Both the position numbers and the translations under genes were made by a program. A stretch of DNA of 64,000 bases from Perkinsela sp. CCAP 1560/9 (lineage: Eukaryota > Protista > Euglenozoa: Kinetoplastea), in assembly GCA_965644495.1 (NCBI GenBank), contig CBFFSA010000001.1:496001-560000 (forward strand). Direction: 5' to 3'. This document shows, piece by piece, positions 41,226 to 52,041 of this stretch. Positions within the stretch are counted from its first letter, which is position 1. Each line of letters begins with the position of its first letter. The notes under the pieces were generated by a model, which did no database searches, was not told the DNA's origin, and was given only the letters and a program-made list of their open reading frames with translations.

Positions 41226-43061
41226 TTACTTTTCATGCCTACGAATGAAGTTAACAACTCGCTCCCTAAATTCCTTAGGAAACATATCGTATAATCCGCA
41301 GTGAAACCCGTCAGGGGCCACCCATAGCTCCTTCGGCTCGTGAGCCAGATCGAAGAGGGTTTGTGAGTGCTCTACAGGAACAACCTCGTCTGCCGTCCCA
41401 TGCATTAAAAAAATAGGACGCGGTGCAATTCTGGAAATAGTGTGTAGCGCCTGACACTTCTTCGAGGGCACATTTCCGACCCGATAATTCAGCCAAAGCC
41501 GACATAATCTATGAAAAATCGTAAAGAAAAACTGGGACAGCCATGTATGGGTCATATAGCCTCCCATAATATGATTAATATGACGTTGTTGCAGATATCC
41601 CACCGTGGTAATCGGGTTTTCCGCAATCACGATATCAATGTTGGAATCAATCGCGGCAGCCATAATACACGCGCTACCCCCTACCGAGGTACCAATCGCC
41701 ACCAGCGTGCGCAAACCACAGCGCTCCCTCAAATACCGCGCGGCCGTACACACGTCATACCTCTCCTTTACCCCGTAGGTAAACCCTTTCCCCGTGCCCT
41801 GACTCATGCCATGTTCGCGAAAATCAAACAGCAACACTTCAAACCCCTCGGCATGGAACATACGCACGTGACGAAGAAACGCCCGACGGTCGCGTCCCCC
41901 TCCATGGACCAGGATCACCCCAGTAGATCGAGAACTGCTGTCCGGGGAGGCCGCGACGTACCACCCGGAAAGAGTGTATTGATCAGCAGTATGCAGCGTA
42001 ACCTCCTCGTAGTCAAGCCCAAGATCATACTTTGGGTCATTCACAATACCCTGCCAGTACTCCGGGAGTGCGGCCATGGTAAGCTTACTCGCGTTGGGGC
42101 GGTACCATGGAGGGCGAATCGAGACCTCGGAGACAAAATATGACACAATGAGGAAATAGTACGCAATAGTGATAGCAAGGAAATTTACCGCAAAACGCCA
42201 CCCGGACAGCCACAGGAGGACAAGAATCGGGCACAGCACACTAATAACCATTTTCCGAATAAACGTGCTGTTAATCACATCGGTGGACTCCATGCTTCTG
42301 GACTGTTCACTCTCTTTGGCACGTTTCGCGAAGAATTTTAAAGAATCCACCGCACCGTGTCGTTTTAAAAAGTCTTGAATCTCAGTTTTCGAGCACTCTA
42401 ACAACGGCGTCCGGTTTCGCGTGTCGGGGTAGTTCACATCCGCTCCTCGGCTCACAAGGAGTTCGACCATGGGAAGGTTACCATGGCTAACGGCCACGTG
42501 CAACGGGGTGCGCGACTCATAGTCCGACTGGTTGACATCCAGAGAAGCGAGTTTCCCCGACAGCAAACCCTCCACCTCCGCGAGTAATCCCTTCCCCACC
42601 GCAACATGAAGCCGTGGGTCAAAGACACTCTCGGTCAAAGGCCGACCACTTCGAGGGGTTCCGATCGGGAAACTAGAGAGGGAGAGCGAGGAGGAAACGG
42701 GATGAGATCTTCGCCCAGCGCTTCCCGGTCGACTGGTCATGGAGCGTCGAGACCCAGGGGAGAGTCTCTTATCTGCAGCAGCAGCACCAGAAGAAGAAGA
42801 CAATGAATTCCAAGAAACCCTACGACTGCGCTGTAGACCGTGCTGCACCGCCTCCCGTACATCCTCTGTCATGGTGGTCACGCGGGTGAGCACGCGTTGA
42901 GCCACGGAGCGTTTCTCGGGCGAGAGTTTTCGAGAATCGGAGGCTCGAGGTTGTGTGGAGTTTATGTTGAGTCCGGCCCGGGAGGGGCTGGATCGTGAGG
43001 AAGATGGTTTTAGGTGAGGCGTTTTCGGTTTTGACCGTTCCCTGGATGGTGATTTTTTCAT
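41226..43061 (-). CDS. ankyrin-repeat, transmembrane alpha/beta-hydrolase
   Basis: Ankyrin (TPLHVAVSHGNLPMVELLVSRGADVN), two TM helices, ILVHGGG, GTSVGG, HGTADEVVP, GFHCG. Confidence 0.88.
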   Translation of the reverse strand: MKKSPSRERSKPKTPHLKPSSSRSSPSRAGLNINSTQPRASDSRKLSPEKRSVAQRVLTRVTTMTEDVREAVQHGLQRSRRVSWNSLSSSSGAAAADKRLSPGSRRSMTSRPGSAGRRSHPVSSSLSLSSFPIGTPRSGRPLTESVFDPRLHVAVGKGLLAEVEGLLSGKLASLDVNQSDYESRTPLHVAVSHGNLPMVELLVSRGADVNYPDTRNRTPLLECSKTEIQDFLKRHGAVDSLKFFAKRAKESEQSRSMESTDVINSTFIRKMVISVLCPILVLLWLSGWRFAVNFLAITIAYYFLIVSYFVSEVSIRPPWYRPNASKLTMAALPEYWQGIVNDPKYDLGLDYEEVTLHTADQYTLSGWYVAASPDSSSRSTGVILVHGGGRDRRAFLRHVRMFHAEGFEVLLFDFREHGMSQGTGKGFTYGVKERYDVCTAARYLRERCGLRTLVAIGTSVGGSACIMAAAIDSNIDIVIAENPITTVGYLQQRHINHIMGGYMTHTWLSQFFFTIFHRLCRLWLNYRVGNVPSKKCQALHTISRIAPRPIFLMHGTADEVVPVEHSQTLFDLAHEPKELWVAPDGFHCGLYDMFPKEFRERVVNFIRRHEK

Positions 43062-43242
43062 GAGTAAAATTTGACGAACTTAAGATGTTTAACGATAGTC
43101 CTTGTAAAGTGTAGTTGTTTTAAGAAAATGAAAACTAAAATGAAAGATCATAAAGATTATAAAGATGAAAGAATGTGTAATGTAGACAGAGAAACGTTTT
43201 ATAAGAAGAATTATGGTACGACAACACAGGACTGGTCTTGTT

Positions 43243-44619
43243 CTATTCAGGTAGAAGCTTCTCTTGTCGACTGTAGTCTGTGATTTTTTGGGCGATATCC
43301 AGCGCCGGAAGATTTTTGCTGTCGACGGAGGCAAACATCACTTCAACGCGATAGTCTTTTGTATGTCGTGTAAAGTTGATACGCGTTACCGAAGGATCAT
43401 TGTGAGCCTTGCCATGTGCCCCTTGTCCTATAGGGCTCGTGCTCATTAAATAATCATACCGCGCACTGCCTTGTAGCACGCAAAGTCCCCGTGGTTCTAA
43501 GTACACCCGAGGGTACCATAACTCCGAGTGATGAGAGAGGCGTAGTATCTGCGCGCTAATCAAGCTTAAGATCCCAATGTAGGGACCCAGTGAAGGGTGC
43601 TTCCGATGCCATGCATAACCAGAATAAGGGGTAACGTACTCATTGATTTGAAAAGTGTTTGGCATGGATGGAAGAAGACCGAGTCGGTAGGCCCTGAGAA
43701 GCACTCGCCCAAGTAATGGGAGCCTCGCCGTACCCCACGCTAGAACACAACGATTAGGAACGCTGAGTTCTTCATCAAAGTAGTTCGTGCAGTACCGACC
43801 TTCGGAGGAAACATAACGGGTGGGGGACTGTCGATCCCGATGGAGTGTGGTTGACATAATCTCTGCCAAGATGTCTCTCTCCTCCGCCGGAGTTAAAAAA
43901 TTGCGAATCTGATGCATTCCTTCTGGTTCAAGTCGTTGCGTGGTATACAGTGAAACAGGAAATTGTGCCATACCCTTGTGCGAGTCCCGCATAAATCCGT
44001 TGAACTCATCTGCATATATGCCCTCATGACTATGATACTCTGCGTGGGTTGAACTTTTCTTTAAATCGACACTCCTCATGCGGTTGCGAGGAAGAGCAGC
44101 CCACGTATTCCATGCGTAGTTAACTTTACTCGAGACCTTGCGAGTGGAAACAGACGACGAATTCGAGGTGGTTACAGAGCCAAGAGAATTGATCCTAGGT
44201 GTGCGCGTACTTAACGTCTTGTCGAGAAATCGTTTGTAAAATGGACTTTGTTCGTGGATTACCCAGCGATTAGAATTGAAGTATGTTTCCTCGGTTTTAT
44301 TACTGGGAATGGTCATCGTATTTTTCTTTGTTAGCTCTATAGCCGGTCCTCCGGGTTTACCTGTTTGTGAGGAGTCACCATAAGCCGGAGACGCTGGCCA
44401 TTGGCTAGCTTTTTTACGATAATATTCGGCATACTGCTGCAATGTGGAGTGTGAGTGAGCGTTGTCTGGTACTCCAGAATGGTCATAACAGCCCTCATTC
44501 GTGCGCTCGATCGTTGGAAGCTCAACAGACTCAAAGGAACCCCACCCCGGTCTATTGGAACGAAACTTTGAGCCCTTCTGAACGCGTGAGGAAACTATGT
44601 TGCTCCTGTTACCTCGCAT
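43243..44619 (-). CDS. AlkB-like 2OG-Fe(II) oxygenase-fold protein, probably catalytically inactive
   Basis: PEGMHQIRNFLTPAEE, PNTFQINEY, SGYAWHRK, IGILSL, VYLEPRGLCVLQGSARYDY, RVEVMF. Confidence 0.7.
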   Translation of the reverse strand: MRGNRSNIVSSRVQKGSKFRSNRPGWGSFESVELPTIERTNEGCYDHSGVPDNAHSHSTLQQYAEYYRKKASQWPASPAYGDSSQTGKPGGPAIELTKKNTMTIPSNKTEETYFNSNRWVIHEQSPFYKRFLDKTLSTRTPRINSLGSVTTSNSSSVSTRKVSSKVNYAWNTWAALPRNRMRSVDLKKSSTHAEYHSHEGIYADEFNGFMRDSHKGMAQFPVSLYTTQRLEPEGMHQIRNFLTPAEERDILAEIMSTTLHRDRQSPTRYVSSEGRYCTNYFDEELSVPNRCVLAWGTARLPLLGRVLLRAYRLGLLPSMPNTFQINEYVTPYSGYAWHRKHPSLGPYIGILSLISAQILRLSHHSELWYPRVYLEPRGLCVLQGSARYDYLMSTSPIGQGAHGKAHNDPSVTRINFTRHTKDYRVEVMFASVDSKNLPALDIAQKITDYSRQEKLLPE

Positions 44620-44936
44620 TATTCATTAACATATTATAGCATTGACACCGTGCACCGACGTTTGTATGAAATAAAGCGAACTGCAGGAGACAAACATACA
44701 TACACATTTTTAATAGCAAAATCCGTAATTGAAGTAAACCCAAAGAAACGATCTCAAGATTTTAGTAATGGTGAGGATTGCTAATTTTTCAGTTTTTGAA
44801 ATGTTTTATAACGTTCTGATACTTGGGTACTTATACTCTACAAGATGTTTTGGCAGCCTCATTTGAAATGAGGCATTCCAATGAAAAATTTACATTACAA
44901 ACCTGTTGATTCCAATCATGGCGAAATCTAGAAGCT

Positions 44937-46709
44937 CTAATCCAAATGAGTCTCTACCTCGTGATGTGAAAATGATCGAAACCATATATTTTCCGTCCAT
45001 CGCCCACATCGGTATATTACGTAGCAAAAGAGTCGTATCCACCATGGTCGTTGCAGATAAAGGTCCTGCGTAAGTTGTCTACAATGTTTCATGTCTTTCT
45101 CAAAATGTTCTTCAAGAGTGCGGGCTGTCGGGTAATCCACCGTCGCAACGGATACTTCTAGAAGTTTGTTCGACAACGAGTCCCAGTTGTATGACCCGAC
45201 GGCTGACCACACGCCGTCAACTACTACCGTTTTGCTGTGTAATATATGAGGGGGGAGGTCATGTGTCGGTGAAGAGTCGGATACACCTGTAGGTGAGTTG
45301 TTCCTTATCTGTACCCAGTATTCGGTCAGCCAATTAAAGAAATTTGCAATCCAATAGGATTCCTTATGCGAAACATTAGTATTTATATTCGTTAGCTCTG
45401 TAGTTTGTGTTGAAAAAGCTGTGTCATATTCATAAATGCTTATGTTATGAGACAGCAGTCTGTGCACAATATATTGTGCACCCCACCACATTAGCCAAGG
45501 ATCGGTACTCCGAAGTGAGCCTGTCATTACCCTTACGTCTACGCCCCGTCGAGCGGCCCCGAGAATACATTTCAGTAGCCTTCGGGTCGGTAAAAGGTAC
45601 GGAGTTGTGATCCAAACACGATGCTGTGCGCGATACAGAATAAATTCGTAAGCTTTTTGAATTTTGTAGGTCCGACTCCACGTGTTGGAATACAATACTT
45701 GTGCAAGTAATGATGGACGCTGCCGTTTCTCCACAGGCTTTTTTCTAATATTTCTTCCTCGCAGCTTAAAGTTAAATAAAGGATTTCTTGCAGCACTACG
45801 AAATCGCGAAAGTCGAGCTAAGAATTTCTTACGACGCATTAGGAGCTTTTGAGCCAGCTTGCGAAAAGAGCCGTTGCGTTCTGCGTTTAGCGTGTCATGA
45901 ACCACGTCATGGAGAGAATTCACAATTCCACCCTGCAATCGACACATGGTGTCTCGAAAGGCCCCGGTACCTCCAATAGAGGTGCCTGCGTATTCATTTC
46001 CGATGTTCAAACCTCCGACGTACGCCACTTTGTCGTCAACAAGAAGAATTTTACGATGATTACGTATGAGTGGAGAGAGCCGCCAAGGCTGTGTACTGCG
46101 ACCGAAATATGCTCCTGCGCTTAGTGAGTACCTAAGAATTCGATGAAAGACAGGATTAAATTTTATAACTCGTGCGTTTTTACAATTCGATAATTCTTGC
46201 ACTAGTGCTGTACGACCACTAATGTTTCCCCCGTCATCATATAGAAATACAACTCGCACACCACGATGAGCTGCAACAACTAGACGGCGTATGGTTTCGC
46301 GTCCGATGAAATCATCTTTACAAATGTAGGTTACCCATTGAATCGACTTTTGCGCATCGTCCACTGCTTTCCACATGCATGAAAACGCCTGTGAACTGCT
46401 GCTATAGAGCTGCATCTTGTTATCAAGAGTGAAGGGAGCGATTCTTTGTAACAAAGAAACCATTTTAGACCATTCTATAGGGTTTCCCAGCTCCCTCTTT
46501 GGTGCATGTTTCATTGCAAGAGTGGCATCTCGAAACTGTTTTTGGAGATGGATGCGCGAACTTGCAAGCAAGTCATTAGGAGAACTTTTCAAACTTTTTG
46601 TGGGAGAATTCCAACGCGTCAATAATCCCCGCTTGAGCAGTTCTGTGTGTTTCGCCCGCTGTCGCACTAGTTGAATAAAAGGAGACCATCTTAGTTTTGA
46701 GGAACCCAT
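44937..46709 (-). CDS. CLS: bacterial-type (PLD family) cardiolipin synthase
   Basis: Two HKD motifs NHRKILLVDDKVAYVGGLNIG and LHSKTVVVDGVWSAVGSYN; ITTPYLLP; mitochondrial-type N-terminus. Confidence 0.9.
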   Translation of the reverse strand: MGSSKLRWSPFIQLVRQRAKHTELLKRGLLTRWNSPTKSLKSSPNDLLASSRIHLQKQFRDATLAMKHAPKRELGNPIEWSKMVSLLQRIAPFTLDNKMQLYSSSSQAFSCMWKAVDDAQKSIQWVTYICKDDFIGRETIRRLVVAAHRGVRVVFLYDDGGNISGRTALVQELSNCKNARVIKFNPVFHRILRYSLSAGAYFGRSTQPWRLSPLIRNHRKILLVDDKVAYVGGLNIGNEYAGTSIGGTGAFRDTMCRLQGGIVNSLHDVVHDTLNAERNGSFRKLAQKLLMRRKKFLARLSRFRSAARNPLFNFKLRGRNIRKKPVEKRQRPSLLAQVLYSNTWSRTYKIQKAYEFILYRAQHRVWITTPYLLPTRRLLKCILGAARRGVDVRVMTGSLRSTDPWLMWWGAQYIVHRLLSHNISIYEYDTAFSTQTTELTNINTNVSHKESYWIANFFNWLTEYWVQIRNNSPTGVSDSSPTHDLPPHILHSKTVVVDGVWSAVGSYNWDSLSNKLLEVSVATVDYPTARTLEEHFEKDMKHCRQLTQDLYLQRPWWIRLFCYVIYRCGRWTENIWFRSFSHHEVETHLD

Positions 46710-47312
46710 TTTCAGGTTTTTGGCATCTGATTAATACACTATAATACTGTGGTACCGCGAAATTAACTAACTTTACAGAGAAAAGATATCGGATGTAAAG
46801 ACATTCATACTACGTAGAACGTACAGGAACTATATACTCTATAATGTATATTCCTGTCCACTTCAGTAGACTCATTTCAAGCGAGCGTAAGATAAGTACT
46901 ACTGAATACAAAGTGTGTACCCAGGCTATTTTTATAAAAATACTCAGCCACACAGTAGTTTTGAAATTTGAAAAGCTTCTATGTTTGTAGCACAGATTCG
47001 AAACGCATGTATATCACGTATAATTATGTGGTGTGTACAACTCCAGTTAATTGCTACTTACTATATTATCGTAAGCAACATAATGCTTCGGCAATTTTAC
47101 GTAGAGACCGTCCGTCATATGAAGTGAAGCGGCAAAGTTTAGACGGTGTCATACATTTTTCGGCCCAACACAATGTAAAATTCGCCCATAAGAGAGCATA
47201 CAAAAAGCAAATAAAACAAAGAATTAAAAACGTGTACGCCATAGTAGTTTTCAGTGAAAACATGAATATACTAAAACCAACAAGTATGCTTGCTCAACAC
47301 CGTTGCGTCTTG

Positions 47313-47957
47313 CTAGTGTTTGGCTGATGCCTTGATTACATTTTGATAAGTAGCAATACTGCCGGATAGCAGGCCGCACATGGAAGTAAACCCAACGCAA
47401 GGCTTGTAGACGCAGGATGCATAGCCGGTAGCATCCAGCGTAGCCAACAGATCAGCAAAGTTGCGCACAAAGTTGATAATCAAGTCTTTCATCACCTTTT
47501 CCGCTTTGTATGCTCGGATCAACTTCAAAATGTCCAAAATACACGCAAAAAGGAAGGCCCAGAACTGCGATACCTTGGCTCGGCGCGACACCCACTGGCT
47601 ACTCACATTACTGAGAATGTTGTACTTTGCGAGGTACGAGATGTTATCTCCAACGACGAAACCAAAGTCTGCGCTCACTCGTCCGTACTCTACCAACCCA
47701 TCAACGGTGTCGAATGCAGCGCCAGAGGCCGAGATTTCACTCATTTTGCGCAGATTTTGAATCCATTTACCCAAACGCATGAGGCTTCTCCCGTCACCCA
47801 TGGATTTGGCGAGAACACCGTACTTCTTTGCGGAGGAGAAATCTCCGGAGCGGCTACCCGACCATTCGAGAAAACGAGCCAAGTTTTGGACGGCCTTATA
47901 GATCTTGTCCCGGCCTTCAGTGGTGGCCATTATTTTTACGGTAGTGTCAATGTCCAT
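47313..47957 (-). CDS. PEX11: peroxisomal/glycosomal membrane protein PEX11
   Basis: TTEGRDKIYKAVQNLARFL, MGDGRSLMRLGKW, C-terminal CGLLSGSIATY. Confidence 0.88.
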   Translation of the reverse strand: MDIDTTVKIMATTEGRDKIYKAVQNLARFLEWSGSRSGDFSSAKKYGVLAKSMGDGRSLMRLGKWIQNLRKMSEISASGAAFDTVDGLVEYGRVSADFGFVVGDNISYLAKYNILSNVSSQWVSRRAKVSQFWAFLFACILDILKLIRAYKAEKVMKDLIINFVRNFADLLATLDATGYASCVYKPCVGFTSMCGLLSGSIATYQNVIKASAKH

Positions 47958-48122
47958 GTTTGACAAATTACAAATACTGGGTTGAAATTAGCAGAAAACG
48001 AGCAAAAGAAAAAAGAGAACGGTAAGAAGTGAAGAAGCGCAAAATTAAGAACATCAATACAATATATCCAAGAGGAGAAGAAAATTCGAATAGGTAATGT
48101 TGGATGGAAAATATAGTGAAGG

Positions 48123-48812
48123 CTAGCTTGAAAGCAATATCTTTTCGCAGGCCGCAGGACCATAAAGTGCCTCGCAACGACCCTCAAAACTTTTTGTCAT
48201 TTTCTGTACTACTTGAGAGAGAAACAGTTTTGACAAGTTGGAATGAATAGGATTGGAAAACTGAAAGCTGACATCGAAAGTGACGAGAGAAGCTTTTTTA
48301 GCAAGCTGATCTCGTTGTCTCTTAGCTTCAGTGCGCTGTGTCAGTTGCGCAGAGCTGGACGTATCTGGACAAGCTCGGTGCCTGTGATACTGATGAGGTA
48401 ACAGATCGAGAGGAGGTTCTCTAAAACCCCAGTCGCAGGTAAGACCTTTCAGGATAGTGCTTTTTCCATTGAGTTGTGCATTAATTCTGTTAGGGTAATT
48501 CAACAGCACTTCACTTGAATATGCCTCTCGGAGAAAAAGAAAACCTACCTGAAGATCCGCAGTCATACGACGCTCATTGGTTTCATGAATTGTTGCCGCG
48601 TTGCACCAGGGAAGAAACGCAGGGTAACGTCCAATGTCCGCAACCACATTATATACTTGCATCGGGCTGTATCCCAGGACGCATTTCTCACTGTACTTCT
48701 GTTCCAATAAGCGGTTTAAAGCCGAACAAATGGAAACATGACGCAACCCTGAGTACTTACCGTTCGCGTGCTGTGTTCGTACCCTAGCTGTTCGTATTCC
48801 ATGTTTTCTCAT
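48123..48812 (-). CDS. COQ10: coenzyme Q-binding protein COQ10 (START domain)
   Basis: GYSPMQVYNVVADIGRYPAFLPWC, ADLQVGF, YSSEV, MTKSFEGRCEALYG. Confidence 0.9.
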   Translation of the reverse strand: MRKHGIRTARVRTQHANGKYSGLRHVSICSALNRLLEQKYSEKCVLGYSPMQVYNVVADIGRYPAFLPWCNAATIHETNERRMTADLQVGFLFLREAYSSEVLLNYPNRINAQLNGKSTILKGLTCDWGFREPPLDLLPHQYHRHRACPDTSSSAQLTQRTEAKRQRDQLAKKASLVTFDVSFQFSNPIHSNLSKLFLSQVVQKMTKSFEGRCEALYGPAACEKILLSS

Positions 48813-48978
48813 CTCACTAGAATAGAATAGAGCACGTAGATAAAAGAATGATACATCAATGAAAATGTGAATATTAATCCAAATTCTGAGTAGACGTTCT
48901 CACACTATCGAGCAGTCTCCCTTGCATGTCCCCAAAGAAAAAGACCTGAAGTACAGAAAATCTTACACAAAACCGTCC

Positions 48979-49935
48979 CTATACACACTTTTCGCCATCC
49001 TCCATTTTTTCACCCAACCGCCGCTCATGACACTCCATACAACTCCGTCTCCACCATACATTCCTCCACAAACACCCCCCACACCTCCACATCCTCCCCG
49101 TTCCTCCCCTCCCCCTCCCCCTCCCCCTCCCCCTCGTCCCCGTCCCCCTCACCCTCCTCTCATAACACCGAAAACACCGTCCCCGGTGTCCCCCATTCAT
49201 TTCCCAACACCGCCCACATCTCCAGTCCCTCTCCCCACCCCCCTCCCCCCTCCCCCCTCCCCCTCCCCCCTCCTGCTGCTCCCTCTCCCTCCCACACCGC
49301 CCACACACCCCTGTGCTCCCCTGCTGCCTTACCCCACACGCACAGCGCCACCCCCTGGCACGTGCCCGGGCCGTGTCGCCGGGGGTCCAGGGGCGGTTAC
49401 GCGGATGGGGGAAGCGCGGGGCGGCGGGGGGGAGGGGGGCGGTGCAGCGGAGACAGCGGGGGGAGAGCAGCGGGGAGACGGTGTGGCAGGAGGGACAGAG
49501 CCAGTCCCCGGGGGAGGGGGGGATAGGGGAGGCTGTTCGCAGAGGGTAGTGGGGGATAGGGGGGGTAGGGGATGGGGGGTGGGAGATCGGGGAGTGGAAG
49601 GGAGGGGAGGCTGTTTGCAGAGGGTGGGGGATAGAGGGGGTAGGGGGTTGGGAGATGGGGGAGTGTAAGGGTGGGGAGATAGAGGGTTGGGAGGTAAGGG
49701 GTTGAGAGATTGGGGAGATAGGGGGTTGAGAGATCGGGTAGATAGGGGGTGGGGAGATCGGGAAGTATAACGGTGGGGAGATAGGGGGTGGGGAGATCGG
49801 GGAGGAAGCCGGTGGGGGTGAGGTAAGAGCGGCGATGAGACGGAGGGGGTGGAGGTGGAGGGTGGGGGAAAGGGAGGAGGAGGTGGTGGGGGAGGGGGTG
49901 GTGATGCGTTGGAGGTGAAAATAGAGGAGTTTCAT
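48979..49935 (-). CDS. RanBP2-type zinc-finger protein (four fingers) with Pro-rich N-terminus
   Basis: GDWLCPSC..CLRC, GWRCACG..CGRC, RDWRCGRC..CFRC, MWRCGGC..CMEC; PPISP repeats. Confidence 0.75.
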   Translation of the reverse strand: MKLLYFHLQRITTPSPTTSSSLSPTLHLHPLRLIAALTSPPPASSPISPPPISPPLYFPISPPPIYPISQPPISPISQPLTSQPSISPPLHSPISQPPTPSIPHPLQTASPPFHSPISHPPSPTPPIPHYPLRTASPIPPSPGDWLCPSCHTVSPLLSPRCLRCTAPLPPAAPRFPHPRNRPWTPGDTARARARGWRCACGVRQQGSTGVCGRCGREREQQEGGGGGGRGEGGGERDWRCGRCWEMNGGHRGRCFRCYERRVRGTGTRGRGRGRGRGGTGRMWRCGGCLWRNVWWRRSCMECHERRLGEKMEDGEKCV

Positions 49936-50307
49936 GGATCAAAGAAGGGATTGGGGTAGGGAAGAAGGGTGGTGAAACAGATGATTCGAGAAAGAGAGAC
50001 GTGAAATAGAATTAACGGTTGATGTTAATTTGATAGGATTTTGTTGTTGTTACAATATTTAAAGATGATGTACAGATGAGTGCAAATTTGTACAAGGGTT
50101 GGTCTTGGTGGCTAATGGGGTCACTTTTTCATACATATTCTCGGTCCGCTGGATGGGGGAAAAATTTGACAATCGATTTTTGCGCGTTTTTGGTGTACTG
50201 GATATGATATTTTGGTCAAGTCTGGATATGACAAGATGTTGGTACACTGCACAGATAGTTCAGGGACACGTATCAGAAATCAAGAAAGAGGGGGGTTATC
50301 GCGCTTT

Positions 50308-51096
50308 TTAAAATACTTTTCGTGGACCCGTGCCCACCTCGTCCCACCGAACTGCCTTATGTACCGTTTTACGGAGGAATTCTTTTTCCGACTCACTGTG
50401 TGCATCTAGATAATCGGCCTTAGTAAAATGACCTTGTCGGGGAAGTGCAGGATATGTTCGTAAAAGACACCGCAAAGGTCGAGACCGACTCTTTTCAGCC
50501 TTTCCAATGGCTCGTTTCGAGTAGCCCTCGGGTACTGGACCTGCGGTGAGGTGCCAATGGGGTGGAACATATAAAACGTCATGCGGGTAAAGGATTATAT
50601 CCACAGAAAACGGATCAGGGATATCTGAATTGGCGTACTTTTCTCCGTTTCTCATTGAATCCGGACAGACAACAGGACTATTAAACACAGCAGGCAGGGT
50701 GCATTGAATGCGTAATCCGTCCACTGAGGATATAAACTGTGCAGAAGTAAAGTCGATGTGAGGAACTGTGATAACTTTCTCATAATCAACGTCTTCGCAC
50801 TCCCTTTTCTCATTTTCGCTCATTTTCCAAAGCCACTCTTTTTGACAAAAGTTCACCGGTGATTCGCAACCCGAATATGCAGGGATTGAGCTTGGTTTTT
50901 GCTGTAGTCGACTTTCCCACAAAGGAGTCCCACCGCATCCACGATGTACCAGAGGGCGGTTGGAGGTATTCAAAAAAATCCAGAAGAATTTCGGCGACAT
51001 CGCTGTAGTAAAAAAGGGATAATGTGTAGAACCGAAGTCTTGGTTCAACCGGGTGGTGAGGCAAATTTTCGTTGTATTTACAGATCGACGCCTCAT
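50308..51096 (-). CDS. hypothetical protein with cupin/JmjC-like C-terminal motif
   Basis: VDIILYPHDVLYVPPHWHL. Confidence 0.55.
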   Translation of the reverse strand: MRRRSVNTTKICLTTRLNQDFGSTHYPFFTTAMSPKFFWIFLNTSNRPLVHRGCGGTPLWESRLQQKPSSIPAYSGCESPVNFCQKEWLWKMSENEKRECEDVDYEKVITVPHIDFTSAQFISSVDGLRIQCTLPAVFNSPVVCPDSMRNGEKYANSDIPDPFSVDIILYPHDVLYVPPHWHLTAGPVPEGYSKRAIGKAEKSRSRPLRCLLRTYPALPRQGHFTKADYLDAHSESEKEFLRKTVHKAVRWDEVGTGPRKVF

Positions 51097-51554
51097 AGCT
51101 CCAAGACTTCTATCAGAAAGAAAAATGCACCAAGATTCGAAGAAAGACTATTCAGTTCTAAGTAATAAGAGCAACTTACATCACAATGCTCAATACTCTT
51201 AACAATAAGTTCATAATACTGATACACCTGTCCATCACTCAATCAAAGAGATGATTCACTTGAGAAATTCACTCAAAGAGATCAGTGGGATGTATCCTGC
51301 TTAACAAATTCAGTAGAAATGTGTCTATAAAACCATCTTCTAGCTCTCAGCATCCTGTGAAAGGGAGAAAAGAGTCCCACGTCTATGGGAAGAGCACCTT
51401 TCGAAGGTTGAACAAATCTTCTTCCAGTGGTACGGATAGGAAGAAACAGGGAACTCGAGAAGCGACATGGTAAGTGAAGATTCTTTCCACGGTACTAGCA
51501 GCTAGAACTGCAGGTCGCGCAGTATATGTATTGCTCTACGATATGTTAACAAGT

Positions 51555-51986
51555 CTAAAATTCGGATACGGCAACTGTAAGGGAACACCCAGGGCAAGTA
51601 AGGTATAAGTAGGACGAGTTTCTTGGTAGAGCTGTAGTTGCCATTTTTTCGTACAGATAACCGCAGCGACAATTCAATTGCCCTTGCGCTTTTTCATATT
51701 CTCTACGTGTAATAATGTCAGAGACAAGTCCTTCCTCCAGTGTGCTGCTCAGTTCAAGCGTGTCATCGTGCTGTTTTCGAAGTGTGGGACTTACTAAGGT
51801 ATCGCGCGCGTGAACTAAGTTACGAAATAATTCGCTGATCCCGCTACTTTCTTTTGCAACGTTTGCAGATTTGTGAATGTTTTGGTCAGGGTGAAAGTGT
51901 TTCGATAACCGCCGAAAGGCGCGTTGAATCTCCACCTCAGTGCAATCCTTAGATACACCCAAAAAATCATAAAGATTAGCGACCAT
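51555..51986 (-). CDS. DPH4: diphthamide biosynthesis protein 4 (J-domain plus CSL zinc finger)
   Basis: NLYDFLGV..., HFHPD, CRCG...LTCPGCSL. Confidence 0.88.
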   Translation of the reverse strand: MVANLYDFLGVSKDCTEVEIQRAFRRLSKHFHPDQNIHKSANVAKESSGISELFRNLVHARDTLVSPTLRKQHDDTLELSSTLEEGLVSDIITRREYEKAQGQLNCRCGYLYEKMATTALPRNSSYLYLTCPGCSLTVAVSEF

Positions 51987-52041
51987 AACCAGTGTGATCT
52001 AACAAGGAAATTCTAACAATTGCTGTTCTAGTAGTAAATTA

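Noticed and set aside
48922-49942. Alternative Pro/Gly-rich ORFs over island B
   Set aside because: Only the 48979-49935 frame has zinc-finger motifs
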